Position numbers and translations under genes: made by a program
Source: Dimargaris cristalligena
Lineage: Eukaryota
Direction of reading: 5' to 3'
Assembly (NCBI GenBank): GCA_003614675.1
Contig: ML002302.1
Span: forward strand, 1-45,554
DNA: 45,554 nt
Shown: positions 24,250 through 36,597 of the stretch, piece after piece
Numbering within the stretch: the first letter of the stretch is position 1
How the letters are laid out: each line of letters begins with the position of its first letter
The notes under the pieces: generated by a model
The model's input: only the letters and a program-made list of their open reading frames with translations
Told to the model about the DNA's origin: nothing
Database searches by the model: none

Positions 24250-27200
24250 GTTATAATTAGTGGCATTGGTTAAGTGTATTCTTTCAAGAAGATTCCGAGT
24301 GGCATTTCGAATAGAATGTGGATAGGCCGTATCACATGCACCGTCTATTGATTGACACTTATATTGCCATGTTATTCGGTCGATGCGCTCTACCAAGTGA
24401 GCTTCAGGGTGCCATTTTACTAACATACCACTCTATCAGTCGGCCAATAATATAGTATAATAGGGACGGTCCGTAGAGCATTGGCGAAACAGTGAAGACT
24501 AGGTGTATTTTATCCGACGCCGGTATCCGAAAGTCGGTGGCGACTTGTGTGCTACTCAGATAGGTTGTACACTGTTATTGCATCAACCCTGGTATTCTGA
24601 TTTATATGTTACATGTATTCTATTTTAATGCCCATCCGATTTGTCGAAACGGCTGGGTCGGCGCCACTGTGTAGCATGGGGCTTACAATGAATGAGTGGC
24701 GGCGGACTATTGGAAGGGGCGGTTCACCGCCGATTCTCTCATTTCGTTAACCTACTTCCCTCTCTTTCTCTGGACCTATACACCCCTCTCTAGATAGTGT
24801 GCCGCTGGGTAAGCCGACCGTAGGCTTCCAATACATATATATTAAAAAAATGGCAGCCATCCTATAGCGCCTTCTTCTTTTCCAATCGCCTAGTGTGCCT
24901 CCCTCCTCCTCGATATCCCCATTCCATCATCCCCGTTTGGGTATGCTGTACCCATGGACGATATCAAGTTGTCGGGATTTCTGACCCCTCGACCCATCTG
25001 GAAGATTAAGGAGCCGAGGAAGGAGGCTGACCCAATTCACTCGGTTTATTGATTCAGATTTACCGCCTGGTCGGGTCGCCTTGGCTTGGCGAAAGAAAAA
25101 GCTTAAAAGGGAAAGAAGGAGGGGTGGTGAACCTTTTCCAGGGTGAACTGGAGACCGCTGGACTGGTTTGTGACCCTGGTGGATAATTCCGTAAAGGGAG
25201 ATGTAAAGCGGCATCTCCGCTACTTTGGTCTTTTTTATTTATTTTATTCCCGACAGGAAGGGGTGTGTGGACTTAGACCAGCAATACGGAAGTGCTCATT
25301 TAAAAATATCCATACACTCGTCCAGACAAACATTGACAATCCCAAGTGTAATGATTCTATTTCCGACCAGACTTACCGCTACTGTAATTTCTTTATTTAT
25401 TTTCCACCGGATAGTGAGTATACATAATAGAATGAAGCCACCACTTTTCCATTTAAGAAGCAAGTGCTCGGTGTTAGCATACGTCTTATGGTTAATCAAA
25501 ATAGGTTTATAGCAGCAATGGTGATAGCGATGGAAATAGTAATAGGAATAGTATAAGTAATAAGAATCATAACAATAATAATAGTAATAATAGTATTAGT
25601 ATTAGTATTAGTCGCGGTATTGGATATGCTCTAGTTGGTTCGGGCCTCTTGGTTGATGGGCAGCCAAGACTGTCGAATTCAATGACGCGCCCCTTAGTTA
25701 CGCATGGGGAGAATGGCCAAGAGAACGGGAGAATGAAAAAAAGGGGACTGTACGAGAACCGTGAATGTGGACTAGGAATCAGTGGGCGAGTCAGGTAATC
25801 GAATCAGTCCATCAGGGGCGGTTGGTCCCGGCAAGCTAATAATTATATATCGCAGTGTAGTCGCCAAATGATCGGAGGAGTAAGAGTAAGAGTTGTACCC
25901 CTTTCCTTACGTTCCCGTAGTTAGGCCCTCTGCTCGGTCCACCAGCATGCCGCCGCCATATACCTCTCTCTTATGCCCGCAGTCCAGTCACATATATGAA
26001 GGGGGGGTGGGAGGGGGTTATCGTTAATAGTTGAAGTCTTCGTCGTTGATCTAACTGATGGTTAATGTCGTCCTGTGATGGTTTTTGCATTGGCATCGCC
26101 CCTGACCGCCAAATGGGCTTGGTAGAAGAGACCCCTAATACCACCAATCCAGCGTAGTAGTGATTGAGGGCTTACATCGCCTAACACTGGGGAGCTTGGC
26201 AACGTTTTTAATATATATATGTTAAATACAAAATATGATCTCGAATGCGACCCAATCGGTCGATTAAGCGGATATCCCGCCAAGAATGACCGTATCAATT
26301 ATTCAAATTAAGAAGATTTTATTTTATTTTATTTTATGCTATTGCTACATGAATATACTCGTGGGCTCCGCGTTAAATGAATAATGACTGGGCCGCCACT
26401 AAGGCTATAATTAGAATGAATCAACATGAACTCGGTGGATATGCCTGGACGGGGGCACTCATGTTCAGCGCAGTAGAATGCGGTCACTCAATGGTAAATT
26501 CGTCCAGCAATGGGTCACCAGATGAACTGTCATGCCTACACCACATGTATCGATTAAACGATCAACCGATAGGCGGAATGAACTGACCAAACCAGTGGTA
26601 GTATGCAATCAGACATCCGAAACGGAAGGTGATTTGGAGTAGCTGTTTTCAATAATAATAATAATAATATCTGGTTATCAACAGGCCCACGGGTCACACA
26701 CAATATTCAGCTTGAAACATGTACAGCAACAGCACAAAACTCTTGTATGTCTCCAAAAGGCATGTACTCCTCCCCCCCACCATCTCTAGATTATGAGCTG
26801 CTTCCTAATATACCACTAACACAGTATCGGGGGACCGCTATGCACCGATGATCCCACTCGGTTGTGGGCCAGACGTGCAGGCTACCGGTTTGTTTGGAAT
26901 CCCAAGTGGACGCAAGTAGGTAAGTAGCCCAATCAGCATGGAGATGGGGGGCCATTGTTGCAGATACAGGAGCTGCATCTGGCATGAGGAGGACCAGGAT
27001 CACGCTGAATAAAGTATGGCCTCTTTTTTAAACCTGGGGCCAGCCAAGGAAGTGCCGGTAGGGAGGGGGCGGGGATATGAAGTTCCCTATATTCATCCGT
27101 ACGAGACGTGCTGCATCTCTGGACCCCCGATGACGGTGGCGGCAGCGACTGTTAACCCTTTCTCCCTTTTTAGCGGATTTGGACCATTGAATCTCCAGTG

Positions 27201-27490
27201 CACTCAAACTCGAACATTTGCATCGCATCGCCTTGCAACAGCGTATAGCATCCAAAGACGGCCCCACTTTTTCTGTCGACACGCAGGCCTGCCTAACCAC
27301 GCACAGCGACCCGCATGTTCACTGAAGGGGGGGTCTCTTCCTCGTACTTCTCCGTCCTACTTTATTCTGTACACTTATTCGGCCACTCTCGATGGACTGT
27401 GACCACCCACATCAGGCAGAATCGGTTAGGTCTGCTACACTCCAACTAATTATAGCTCTGACCCCTCTCGTTCCTTCCCCCCTAACCCAC

Positions 27491-27511
27491 ATATATACAC
27501 ACACACACACA

Positions 27512-27539
<28 letters not shown>
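27491..27539. repeat. Compound microsatellite (AT)n(AC)n(TC)n
   Basis: Directly visible; lies about 70 bp upstream of a TATAAA at 27610. Confidence 0.9.
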
Positions 27540-27542
<3 letters not shown>

Positions 27543-27949
27543 AGGATTCAGTTTATCCCTTCCTAATCTCATTGAATCCGGGTCTGACTGCTCGACTACG
27601 ATCTGAGAATATAAACCCCCTCTTTTCTGCCTCTGTGGTTCCCGATTTCTCAGTACAACAACCACTTCTTCCTCGAAATTACTATTACCTTTGGGATTTC
27701 TTCAATTCTCTCTTATTTTTTGGTATTTTTCGGCTTTATCAAATTATAGCTTAACTTCCAAGACTGCAGGCATTGTCTTCGGTGTGCACTCCGTGAGGTC
27801 CACAATTATTACTTCCTATTATCCAAGCCAATTCGTGTATTTAAATTTGCCTTGGATTATCTCCAAGCCATTACTGACCCACTCGTCTTCTACGCCCAGC
27901 TTTACCCTCACCCCTCTACTACCGTAGTTGTTTCGAAAGAAATAAAAAA

Positions 27950-28111
27950 ATGACCACCTTTAAACAGTTGCTGGTTATCGCCCTGGTCTTCGGCGCCGTC
28001 TGGGTTGCCGCTGCCCCTGCCTCCAACACGTCGTCTAGCGACACCGCCCCTTTGGCCACCCGGGCTCCCCGAGCCAAGGATGATGTTGTCTGGTCCGACC
28101 GCCGCGCTTAG
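27950..28111 (+). CDS. Small secreted peptide precursor, 53 aa (below the ORF-track length cut-off)
   Basis: MTTFKQLLVIALVFGAVWVAA-APASNTSSSDTAPLATRAPRAKDDVVWSDRRA*. Classic n/h/c signal peptide, A-rich start context, GC-rich codons in AT-rich surroundings. Upstream TATAAA (27610) and a likely 5'-UTR intron 27793-27927 (GTGAGG...TACTGAC...CGTAG). Confidence 0.75.
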   Translation: MTTFKQLLVIALVFGAVWVAAAPASNTSSSDTAPLATRAPRAKDDVVWSDRRA

Positions 28112-30183
28112 GCACTCCCAACACCACTGGCCCCTCTTAAATCTCACTTGCAGTCGTCCCTCCACCCTACACGCCTTCTCTCACTTGCTTTCTTGACGAT
28201 AGCTAGCTCTACCGTTTCCGTATACTTTTAACCCCAATTTCACTTGTTTTCTTTGATTTTTTTTAACCAACTGATGCCCCTCCTCCCATATTTGCCACAC
28301 TTGTCCTTACACCGGCATTTATTTTGTTTACGATCTTTCTCATTGCCCTAAGGCTTGGAATCATTTTTTGAAAACGGCAACGGTCCAATACTCTTCCCAT
28401 TCAGTGAACTACCTCCTACCCATCACTCCGTGACACCCCCCTCCTTCCAATGTCTCTGACTGGTGGGGAAAGGGGTGAATGTTGGACGTGGTTGTGATGA
28501 TGGTATGTAGTATGTTCTTTCAGCCGTGGTCCCCGTTTCGTGGAGGACATGCGAAATCCTCATTGATTTCCCAATCATCCAATGTACCTTGCCTCTTTGT
28601 TGTTCTGATCAGTTTTTTCATCGCGACCCATGCTAGCTTTTGGCGTCATCAATAAATACCAGTTTTTGTTTTTCGGGGCTTTCAAACTTGTGCTCGCCTA
28701 TAATTTCTGCCAGTGCTTTGGGTTGGAGGGGGGGGGGGTTAACCGGAAGTGCAGCGCAGTATTTAAAGGATATGTTTTGCTTACCTTAATTTGCATAAAG
28801 CCACGGCGTCACATAGTTTACCTAGAAGTGCCAAATCGTTTACTAGCTGTAGTACAGACACGGACTGCTCTGTATCGAAAATTGTTTTTTTTTTTTTTTT
28901 ACAATTTGAATATTGTTTCATCCACCAATTTCTATGCTATGCATCGCATCGACTTCTATAAATAGCGCTGTTCTATAGTCCATAATATCCCGTGAAATTA
29001 ACAATCGATCTCGCAGCATCTTAATTCTAACTATATTTTGAGATATGACTGTCGTCGAGACTAGGGTGTTTATTACAGCGCGCCATTTCCTGAAAGACTG
29101 TATTATTGGTAGGCAGGGTACCGTGTTTTTGCTATTACTGAAGGGTGGGGGCAATTCTAAAAATCAAATAAGAAACAGTCTAGTGGAATTGTAATTATAA
29201 TTAGTGAATTGGATAGTTAAAATATCGGTATAGTTGTTAAATGGATGGGTCACTGTGGAACCGCCACCATCCCTTTTTGTCCGAACCGACTGCCTAAATA
29301 TCAGCATTCGGAAACCAAAACGGGATATTCGCATGGCTTTGTTTATTTACAGACCCGAAATCAAACAAGGCGCTTGGTGAACCTCCCGATTTCATAATTG
29401 TAGGGCTCCGGCTTCAGCTTAGCGCATTTTAACCCGCCCATTTATTTTCGTAAATCCGCTTAGTCATAAAGATACATGCGACCTTCTAATTCTCATTTTA
29501 CTTACCACTATGAGTAGCCATTAGGATGTAGAATCAAATGCAGTCGATGAAATATAACCGTATTTAGAATTTGGTGCTTGGTGGTGGGGAAATAGGTCGT
29601 TTGTGGCTACTTCCGGTTTATTCCGATTTTTCCGGGTAAATTCACATAACTCGATACCATTCCTTTCCGTCAAAGGAAAAAGTATAGGGGCTTCTGGGAC
29701 CGGGGCGTGCTACGCATTTTAGATGGGACCGAGTCCCCGTCTACAAGCATTTCAGTGCACTGCCTGAGAACCCTTGGTCTTTGGTTGGGTCCGATTAGAT
29801 CGATAAATCCAATAGATCATGAAGGCATTGCATTATAGACCCACAGTCAGTGCCATCACAAAAAAAAACTCGCATGTAAATGGGTCAGTGGCCCAGAAAC
29901 TCAATATATCGCGGAGTTTAATATTTAGTGCATCTATATCCCAGGACACTGCGCTATTAGCCATCCCCACCGGTAATATTATCCATAGACCGCACTAAAG
30001 TTTTGGTGGACTATTGTATTAATTTTCATCGTCACCCCTCATCGGTGCCCTTAACCGAACTAACCAGCGCTAGGGGCTGATTGATAAAGCATGTCGTCAC
30101 CAACTGATTTACTTTACCATCCCCTTTTGAATTATCCATTTTATTTTATCGGTCTTTTTGATTCTTCCTGGTACCCCCCCATA

Positions 30184-30321
30184 CGGCTAGGGTTCAACTA
30201 GGCTATGTAACGAACAATCCATTGGATGAGGCTAATCCTACTGGTTAAAAATGAATCACGCGCCTATTTTCCCACATACTTATCATTTCAAATCTTATAC
30301 AGCTGTGCTGAATTTCTCACA
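30184..30321 (+). mobile_element. MITE family copy C (138 bp, moderately diverged)
   Basis: TA|CGGCTAGGGTTCAACTAGGCTATGTAA...GATGAGGC...CTACTGGTTAAAAATG...TATTTTCCCA...TTATACAGCTGTGCTGAATTTCTCACA|TA. Same length as and colinear with copy A. Confidence 0.82.
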
Positions 30322-30804
30322 TACCCTTTGCATTTTACATATATAGAAATTCATTATACCAATATATCGTCAACACCCAGCACTACCGGTGGCGCCTTTA
30401 TTAAACAACACTTGTGTCCAGTCCGGAGTAGAGTACGCCAAATGCCCTCGTTTCACCCAGTATTCCTCCATAGGTTATGCATTGTTCCAATTGAAAAAGC
30501 AAGTACCTCTTCGAGCGAAGCTTCGGTGAATTATTAAAAAGGGGTGTGGGGATGGAGCAGATGAGTGGAGGAGAAGGACCGATCCCAATTAAAACCCCTG
30601 GAATCTATTGTCTTCGGTTGCTAGGACTTAGTGGCTGAAACTGGGATGCCCCAAGCATCAATAAAACCCCGCCCCTGGCATAGCTAACGCCAACCCCCCC
30701 CCCCCTAGCACCTAACCTAATTTTAGATGAGAGATTCTATATATTGAGAAGTAGGTTTTAGAGTAATACAGGGCAGTCCCGAGAAACGATTCTCTCTGTC
30801 TATA

Positions 30805-30942
30805 TGGGAGTAGTTCAACCAGGCTGTATAATGAAAAATCCATTTGATGAGGCAAATACTACCAGTTTAAAATGAACATCCCACCGATTTTCCCATACGC
30901 ATAATAGTTAAACCCTTATACAACCAAGCTGAACTTCACCTA
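30805..30942 (+). mobile_element. MITE family copy B (138 bp), running into a (TA)n tract
   Basis: About 11 substitutions and no indels relative to copy A (hand count). TA on the left flank, (TA)n at 30941-30964 on the right. Confidence 0.88.
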
Positions 30943-31060
30943 TATATATATATATATATATATAAGCAATGTGCACCGGAGTCATTTTATCATCAAGATT
31001 TCTACAAGATCTACTATAGCGCCACCACATCCCCCTATACCCAATTCATTATTCATCAAA

Positions 31061-31393
31061 ATGCGGCTCGCGATTATATGTCTAATTATTATACAGTGGA
31101 TGGTCATTTCCTCTGCTCGACCTGTGCACCGGTTTGCCATTGAGAATATCAAAAACTTCATCAACCCATATGTCCATGTCATCTCACCGGTAAGTTTGCA
31201 TCCCTGTTGTAATTGGCTAAAATCAGATATAGCTTATTCGTTTGAGCTCAGCTCTGGATCATTCGCTACACTCGAATACGTATTAATGTAATCTATCAAT
31301 ATTATACTTCGTAATTCTACTCCCCAATTCTAGAAAACAAGCGATGCCAAGCACAGCTCTAGTCTCCGAAGTACACCCCCGCCATCCCAGTAA
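31061..31393 (+). CDS. Small secreted peptide, 62 aa, 2 exons
   Basis: Exon 31061-31189 MRLAIICLIIIQWMVISSA-RPVHRFAIENIKNFINPYVHVISP, GTAAGT donor at 31190, TTCTAG acceptor ending at 31333, exon 31334-31393 KTSDAKHSSSLRSTPPPSQ*. AAAATG start context and TATA-like tract about 100 bp upstream. Confidence 0.6.
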
Positions 31394-32604
31394 GCTACCA
31401 CTTATATTATAATTCGTAAAATGTTTAGTGTATCCCGGGTAACAGCGCTCGAGCAATTCGTATGGGCCAGCAACATTGTTTGCTCTTATAGAAACCCCTT
31501 ACTGGAGATCCTAATGGATCCACCTAGTATATATAGTTGGTGGAAGTTATTTTCAGCTGCCCCCCGCAAACTGCAGGGATTTTATTACTCAACCAGCTTG
31601 CTCGTTTGGGTGACGTAGCTATTAAATGATGGAGATCTAACTATACGATGTTAAATATTCGCTTTTTTAAAACTGATACTTACGACTGATCCTGCAGACT
31701 TGACCCTGGTTTGGTTAACCCTACCGACTATCCAAATAATAGCGAGTCGGTGGCCCCTACCAGTGGCATCATCAGTTCGCCCATAACCGATCGTAGTATA
31801 GTATTGCCAACGTTAGCATAATGCCTACTCTATTACCAGAGCTGTAAAATATTACACTCGTTTTTACGCATATCTAATGTTGCGCAAACGAGTGTTTGGT
31901 AGAGCGACCTGGCCAATTTATTAGGGACCCTGAATATATATGAAAGCCCGAGGACCCTTAATTATAGGCCACTGCCCTTCATCCTTTTATCTCCCAATAT
32001 TCCAACTATAATGACATAATATCATGAACGGACCATGCCAACTTCTCATTAATATCCTGTATTTCTCATCCCTCTTGTTGCCATACTACCTAATTAAATA
32101 ATGTCGGTCGACTTTATGGTCGCCCATATGATTTATTTTTCCTTTTACGTTTACTGTTACGTTTTGTAGGCCGACCCCTAGCTCCAATATTCATATAATT
32201 ATAAAAAAAATTTAAGTACCCCATTAAGCTATTGGAACAATGGGGATCGGGGGGATAGAAGGGAGAGGTCATCTAGGAAAATCCCCATCATCGGGTTCCA
32301 ACACTGCCATCTGAACCCTATTTCCTGGCCTATCTCACTCTCCTCACCCACTGCCCATAGGGTCTGAAACCAAGCCTTACAGCTTAGCCTGGGAATCCGC
32401 GCCTTCCAGCGGATTCCAACCCCCTCTACCAGCCGGTATCGGGCAGAGTGCTCTGAGCTACAGGATGGGCACCACATATACACACTTTGCTTCCCACCAA
32501 GTCCAGAGAATTCCGACATTGGTTCGACCACATTTACTTCCCTTTTCCATCAAGAACCGACTTATTCTTTGTAGTATCGTTTGTCTTTTGGTTTTACGTT
32601 CACC

Positions 32605-34125
32605 ATGTATCTCCTACTCGTCATTCTATTCATCTCATTCCTCACCGAAATATGCCACTGCATTGGCTATTCGACGCTTGCTAGCCAGGTCAGTTTCCAG
32701 TCCCCCGAGCACGGGTGTACCACGCCAACCCACCCGGTCTATGGACACGAGGTGCACCGCGCTTGGCCTTCATTTAGTGTTCGAGGGATCAATGAACCCA
32801 TTTATCCTCCAACCTTTCCATTTGCTGATTTAGACGACCCCGTGTACTTACCACTAATTAGCCATCTACGGACTTGACTTTTTTCACCAACTATTCAATA
32901 GGCGTGGTACTGGTATCGCCGCATACTCTTTGCTAAAGAAACCGCGGCCCAGCAAAAACTTAAGGATGTCCTCCTTGCCCTCAAGACCGAGCTCCGCCAA
33001 ACTACAGCACAGGTAGGTTCACCACTGTGGTACAAATAAGGAGAACTGGAATCCAAGGGCACTGCCTAACACAGCTCTGGTATTCCACTTAGGTAATAAC
33101 GGCCTGATACTTGTCAACTAACGCATGGAATGAACCTGCGTCGAATCTATTATATATACCCCTAATGGCCACCTGGGTCGTGCTCTCTATATAGGACGAA
33201 TTTGCGCGATGGGCGAAGCTAAAACGTCGCCTGGACAAGGATATGGCCACCTTCGACAGCAAAAGTAAGCCCTCGCATTCCCAATGGAATTGTGTCTAAC
33301 GCCATTTACTCAAGTTTACTGAAAACCTTTCCCTGGTTGAGCTCCGACGGTGCCCGCTCACCCAATGCATTGGAGGATAGTCCTGTCGCTAATTGGTCTA
33401 GAGTTGCATGCTAAATCCATACCGTCACTAACCCATTTTTTGTCCTATACCCCAACTGCATCATTTCATATATCCCGGCTTTTCAGCATCCGAGCAGGCC
33501 TACGCCAAATCTGCCTTTGAGATCAAAGTGACTATCTTTATGCGAATCTTTCTCTACGGCATCCGCTCCTTCGTTCTGTTCTGGTATCGTTCGTCCGCCG
33601 TGTTCTTCTTGCCCACCCACTGGTTTGATCCCATCTCATCCTTTTTGGCATATCCCCTGGCTCCCACCGGTAAGTACTTCACATGAGTAGGCCGTCGAAT
33701 ATTAAATTGGCGAGTCGAAGGAGTTTACCTCGACTACCTTTTTTTTTGTCCATCGCCCGTTCTCCCAGGTTGGGTGGCCATCTGTAAAGGGATGGCTGTC
33801 ATGGCCCCTGGCATGCATTAGATACGGGTCACGGGATAACCCGGTATTGGGTTGCCCGAACTGAATATGGGAGGGAGGGCGGGTTGCTTAGTATCCCTCG
33901 TTTCAATGCTCAATGTGCTGCCTTTCGTAGCATCTATTATGCCCACCTCCATCGGTATGTATATTATGTAACTAATCGAATGATTTCCCAAACTGAAATT
34001 TTGATTATGTATTCCAACCAGGTTCGGTGAGTGTCCCTATCTGGATGTACGTGTGTCACCGCGTTTGCTCACAGAGTGTCCGAACCATCCAGCAGATGGT
34101 TCAACCGGCTGATACCAAGTATTAA
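32605..34125 (+). CDS. GET1: Guided entry of tail-anchored proteins factor 1 (Get1/WRB/CHD5-like), 183 aa, 5 exons
   Basis: Exons 32605-32688, 32902-33012, 33195-33264, 33487-33669 and 34022-34125, all GT-AG and frame-consistent. N-terminal TM, signature TTAQDEFARWAKLKRRLDK, FWYRSSAVFFLPTHWF, PLAPTGSVSVPIW. Confidence 0.93.
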
Positions 34126-34691
34126 CCGCACCAGGATCTGGGTCATTTCAATATTATTCTTATTGGGCTTCATAGTAAATACCCGAAGGCAACTGCCCAC
34201 CAATGAATAGCGCACCCCATAACACATATCGCCGATCCTAATCTAGAAATCCCCAGTTTTATTAGCACCTGTGGATTTAAAACGAGTATCAAAAAAAGAG
34301 AAACTATGCCGAAATAAAGTATATAGTGACACCTCCTTAAATGTTGGGGTGGGGGATACGGAAAAGTAAAGTTGGCTTGAGTTGGTTGGCTGGCAATGGG
34401 TGTAACTTGAGTCGGTTTCCCACCGAGGCGCTGCAGCTCGACCGAATTTTAGTTAAGCATGTATTCGTGACAGTATTCGCACGGATAATTGGGTAGTTTT
34501 CCATAGATGTAGAACCCCGAGGTCCCTTTGGGATGGTTGGAGCAGCACCCCCCGCCTATGCTAAGGCATTGTTTGACATCCATGTTGACTCCGATTCGAT
34601 GACCGCAATCCTAGATAGACCGAGAATTGATAATATCATAGCCCGAAAAAATACAATGAAATATATTGTTGAGTAATTAAGAAAATGCACT

Positions 34692-35009
34692 TCAGTGGCA
34701 GCATTCCGCTGCTGGGGAATCCTTTATATAATCGTAGATTGCCAGGAAAAGGTGCTGCCTGGAAGATGGCACCGGTTCAGGATGGCCTTGCTGACAACTT
34801 TCGACTTCGGATTCCTGATGATACTACACCAATAGCCCATATAAAGCCAGTAAATATAAGCATTTAGATATTTGTTTTAACCCTATCCCCACAATCATAA
34901 TAATAATCATAATAATAATAATAATAATAGTACTTACCATACTATACGTGGTTCCAATGATCGAAACCACAACACATAAAAGTAGCAGGTTGCGAAGAGC
35001 CATGGTCAT
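34692..35009 (-). CDS. Candidate small secreted peptide, about 67 aa, 2 exons
   Basis: Exon 35009-34938 MTMALRNLLLLCVVVSIIGTTYSM (signal-like), GTAAGT donor at 34937, intron carrying an (ATT)n tract, GTAG acceptor ending at 34824, exon 34823-34692 YHQESEVESCQQGHPEPVPSSRQHLFLAIYDYIKDSPAAECCH*. The acceptor choice is uncertain. Confidence 0.45.
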
Positions 35010-36597
35010 ACTGGACAAAATGCAAATGGTGTGCGAGGGTTGTAAATATGAATATTTAGCGATTTACGAATAATATATCAGATATTCAAAGAAATACCAA
35101 ATCAAAATTACGAATCAAGGTTGAACACCATCCTAAAGAGGAGGTGTATTTCTAAAACAATGGTAAAACCCAGGCAAAGGGCAACTCTTGTAAAGGGCTA
35201 GGCGGCACGGGGAAAGGTGGCGGGGGAAGTAGCAGAGGGCTGAGACATGAAATACCAGACACAAGCTCCGCCAAATGGTACACACAGTATCCAGCTTTTA
35301 AAACAAAAAATCATATCGGGTAGAATCAACCCGTCGGTCGACTAGTAGTGTCATTTATACGGCCACCCTTCCCTACCCCTTGCGTGTTTTTCCGTCCCTC
35401 TTCCTACAGGCTTGACTGGGGCTAGTATTATCTCCTATTCAGCTTTAATATTCCTCCTCTCTTAATTTGGTGCTTTTTACCATGTACTCCTGGGCTCCTT
35501 TGTTTCCCTCTCCCTTTCTTTCTCTCTACTGCCTCACCCTCCAGCTCCAAGGTGCGCCCCATGGGTCGACTCACTTATACACCTGAGAGTACATTATACC
35601 ACACTCTTTTTCTAAATTTACCGCCAAGGCAAACTTGTTGGGATCATTCAGTCATAGCTGCCTAACTCTGCATCAGACGCGGAGGTCACGGCGGGGAGGG
35701 AAGGGGAATGGGTATTGTACCGTACCCTCTTCTCCTTTAATAATTGACCATAGAATGCCTTGCAATGAGGTGGAATCAATACCACGGATAATTTAAAATT
35801 ACGTATCCATTACAGTCAACTAGGCCAGTCCCGGCGCACGTAAACTTCATCCTCACTCCACCCCGCATGTGTGTGGGTGCCTCTCGGCTGAAGAAATGTA
35901 CAAGGGGGGGGGGGGGAGAGTAGAATGGGCCAAATAGCCGACCCCATTCACCACTATAATCCCCCATACTTACTTTTATCCTTAGCTCCCCTCCCAATAT
36001 CCCCCCCCCTTTGGTGGCTGAGTTACTTGGTAAAATTAAGCAGGACTAGGTTACTGTGTAGAAAATTTCGCCGACATTATCTGTAGCTAAAAATCATGGG
36101 TTAAGCCTCAATTCACCCAGTCCATTTTTTTTTTCGGGGCGCAAAACTAACCACTTTCAATTTACGCCGCCCGCCCAGCCAAACGAATTTCGACCATATC
36201 GAATGTGTCCCTAGAACATGATACTACTAGATCACTCTCTCCCTATCCCATCCCGGTCGGAGGCACTTGGGCATTGGTGATACTAAATGAAATGTACACC
36301 TTGACTGAGTCGCCCAGCCTCTTTGATACCCATTTATCTGATGCAGTGTAAAGTCTACTACCTCTAAGCACATGTAAAATATATAATAATGATTAGTATA
36401 GCATTGGTAGTCCATTAGGCGCTGACCCGATATACCCTGGCTAGCACCCCCCCCCCCGGCTGGAACTCCATTAGTGGTATGGACTATGTGGTAACATGAA
36501 AGCACAACAAAGGGCTTAGTCGCTTGTTTATTATAATGGAAGTACTCCACCCCTATTCGGCGTATTTGATGGTAGTAGACCTGGCAGGCGGAATTGA

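Noticed and set aside
24510-24665. Imperfect inverted repeat (CGACGCCGG...AAGTCGG versus CCGATTTGTCG...GGGTCG)
   Set aside because: Too many mismatches and gaps, no clear target duplication or second copy.
23370-30942. Repeated 138-bp unit considered as a CRISPR repeat, tRNA/SINE or snRNA
   Set aside because: Dispersed rather than regularly spaced, no A/B boxes or cloverleaf, and no poly(A) tail; TIRs plus TA flanks fit a MITE.
34677-34694. TGA after ...ECCH considered as selenocysteine or readthrough
   Set aside because: No SECIS-like structure recognised downstream, and the gene model itself is uncertain.
36056-36198. Possible very old copy of the 138-bp MITE (similar hints near 29545-29660)
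   Set aside because: Only patchy similarity by eye; cannot be supported without a profile search.
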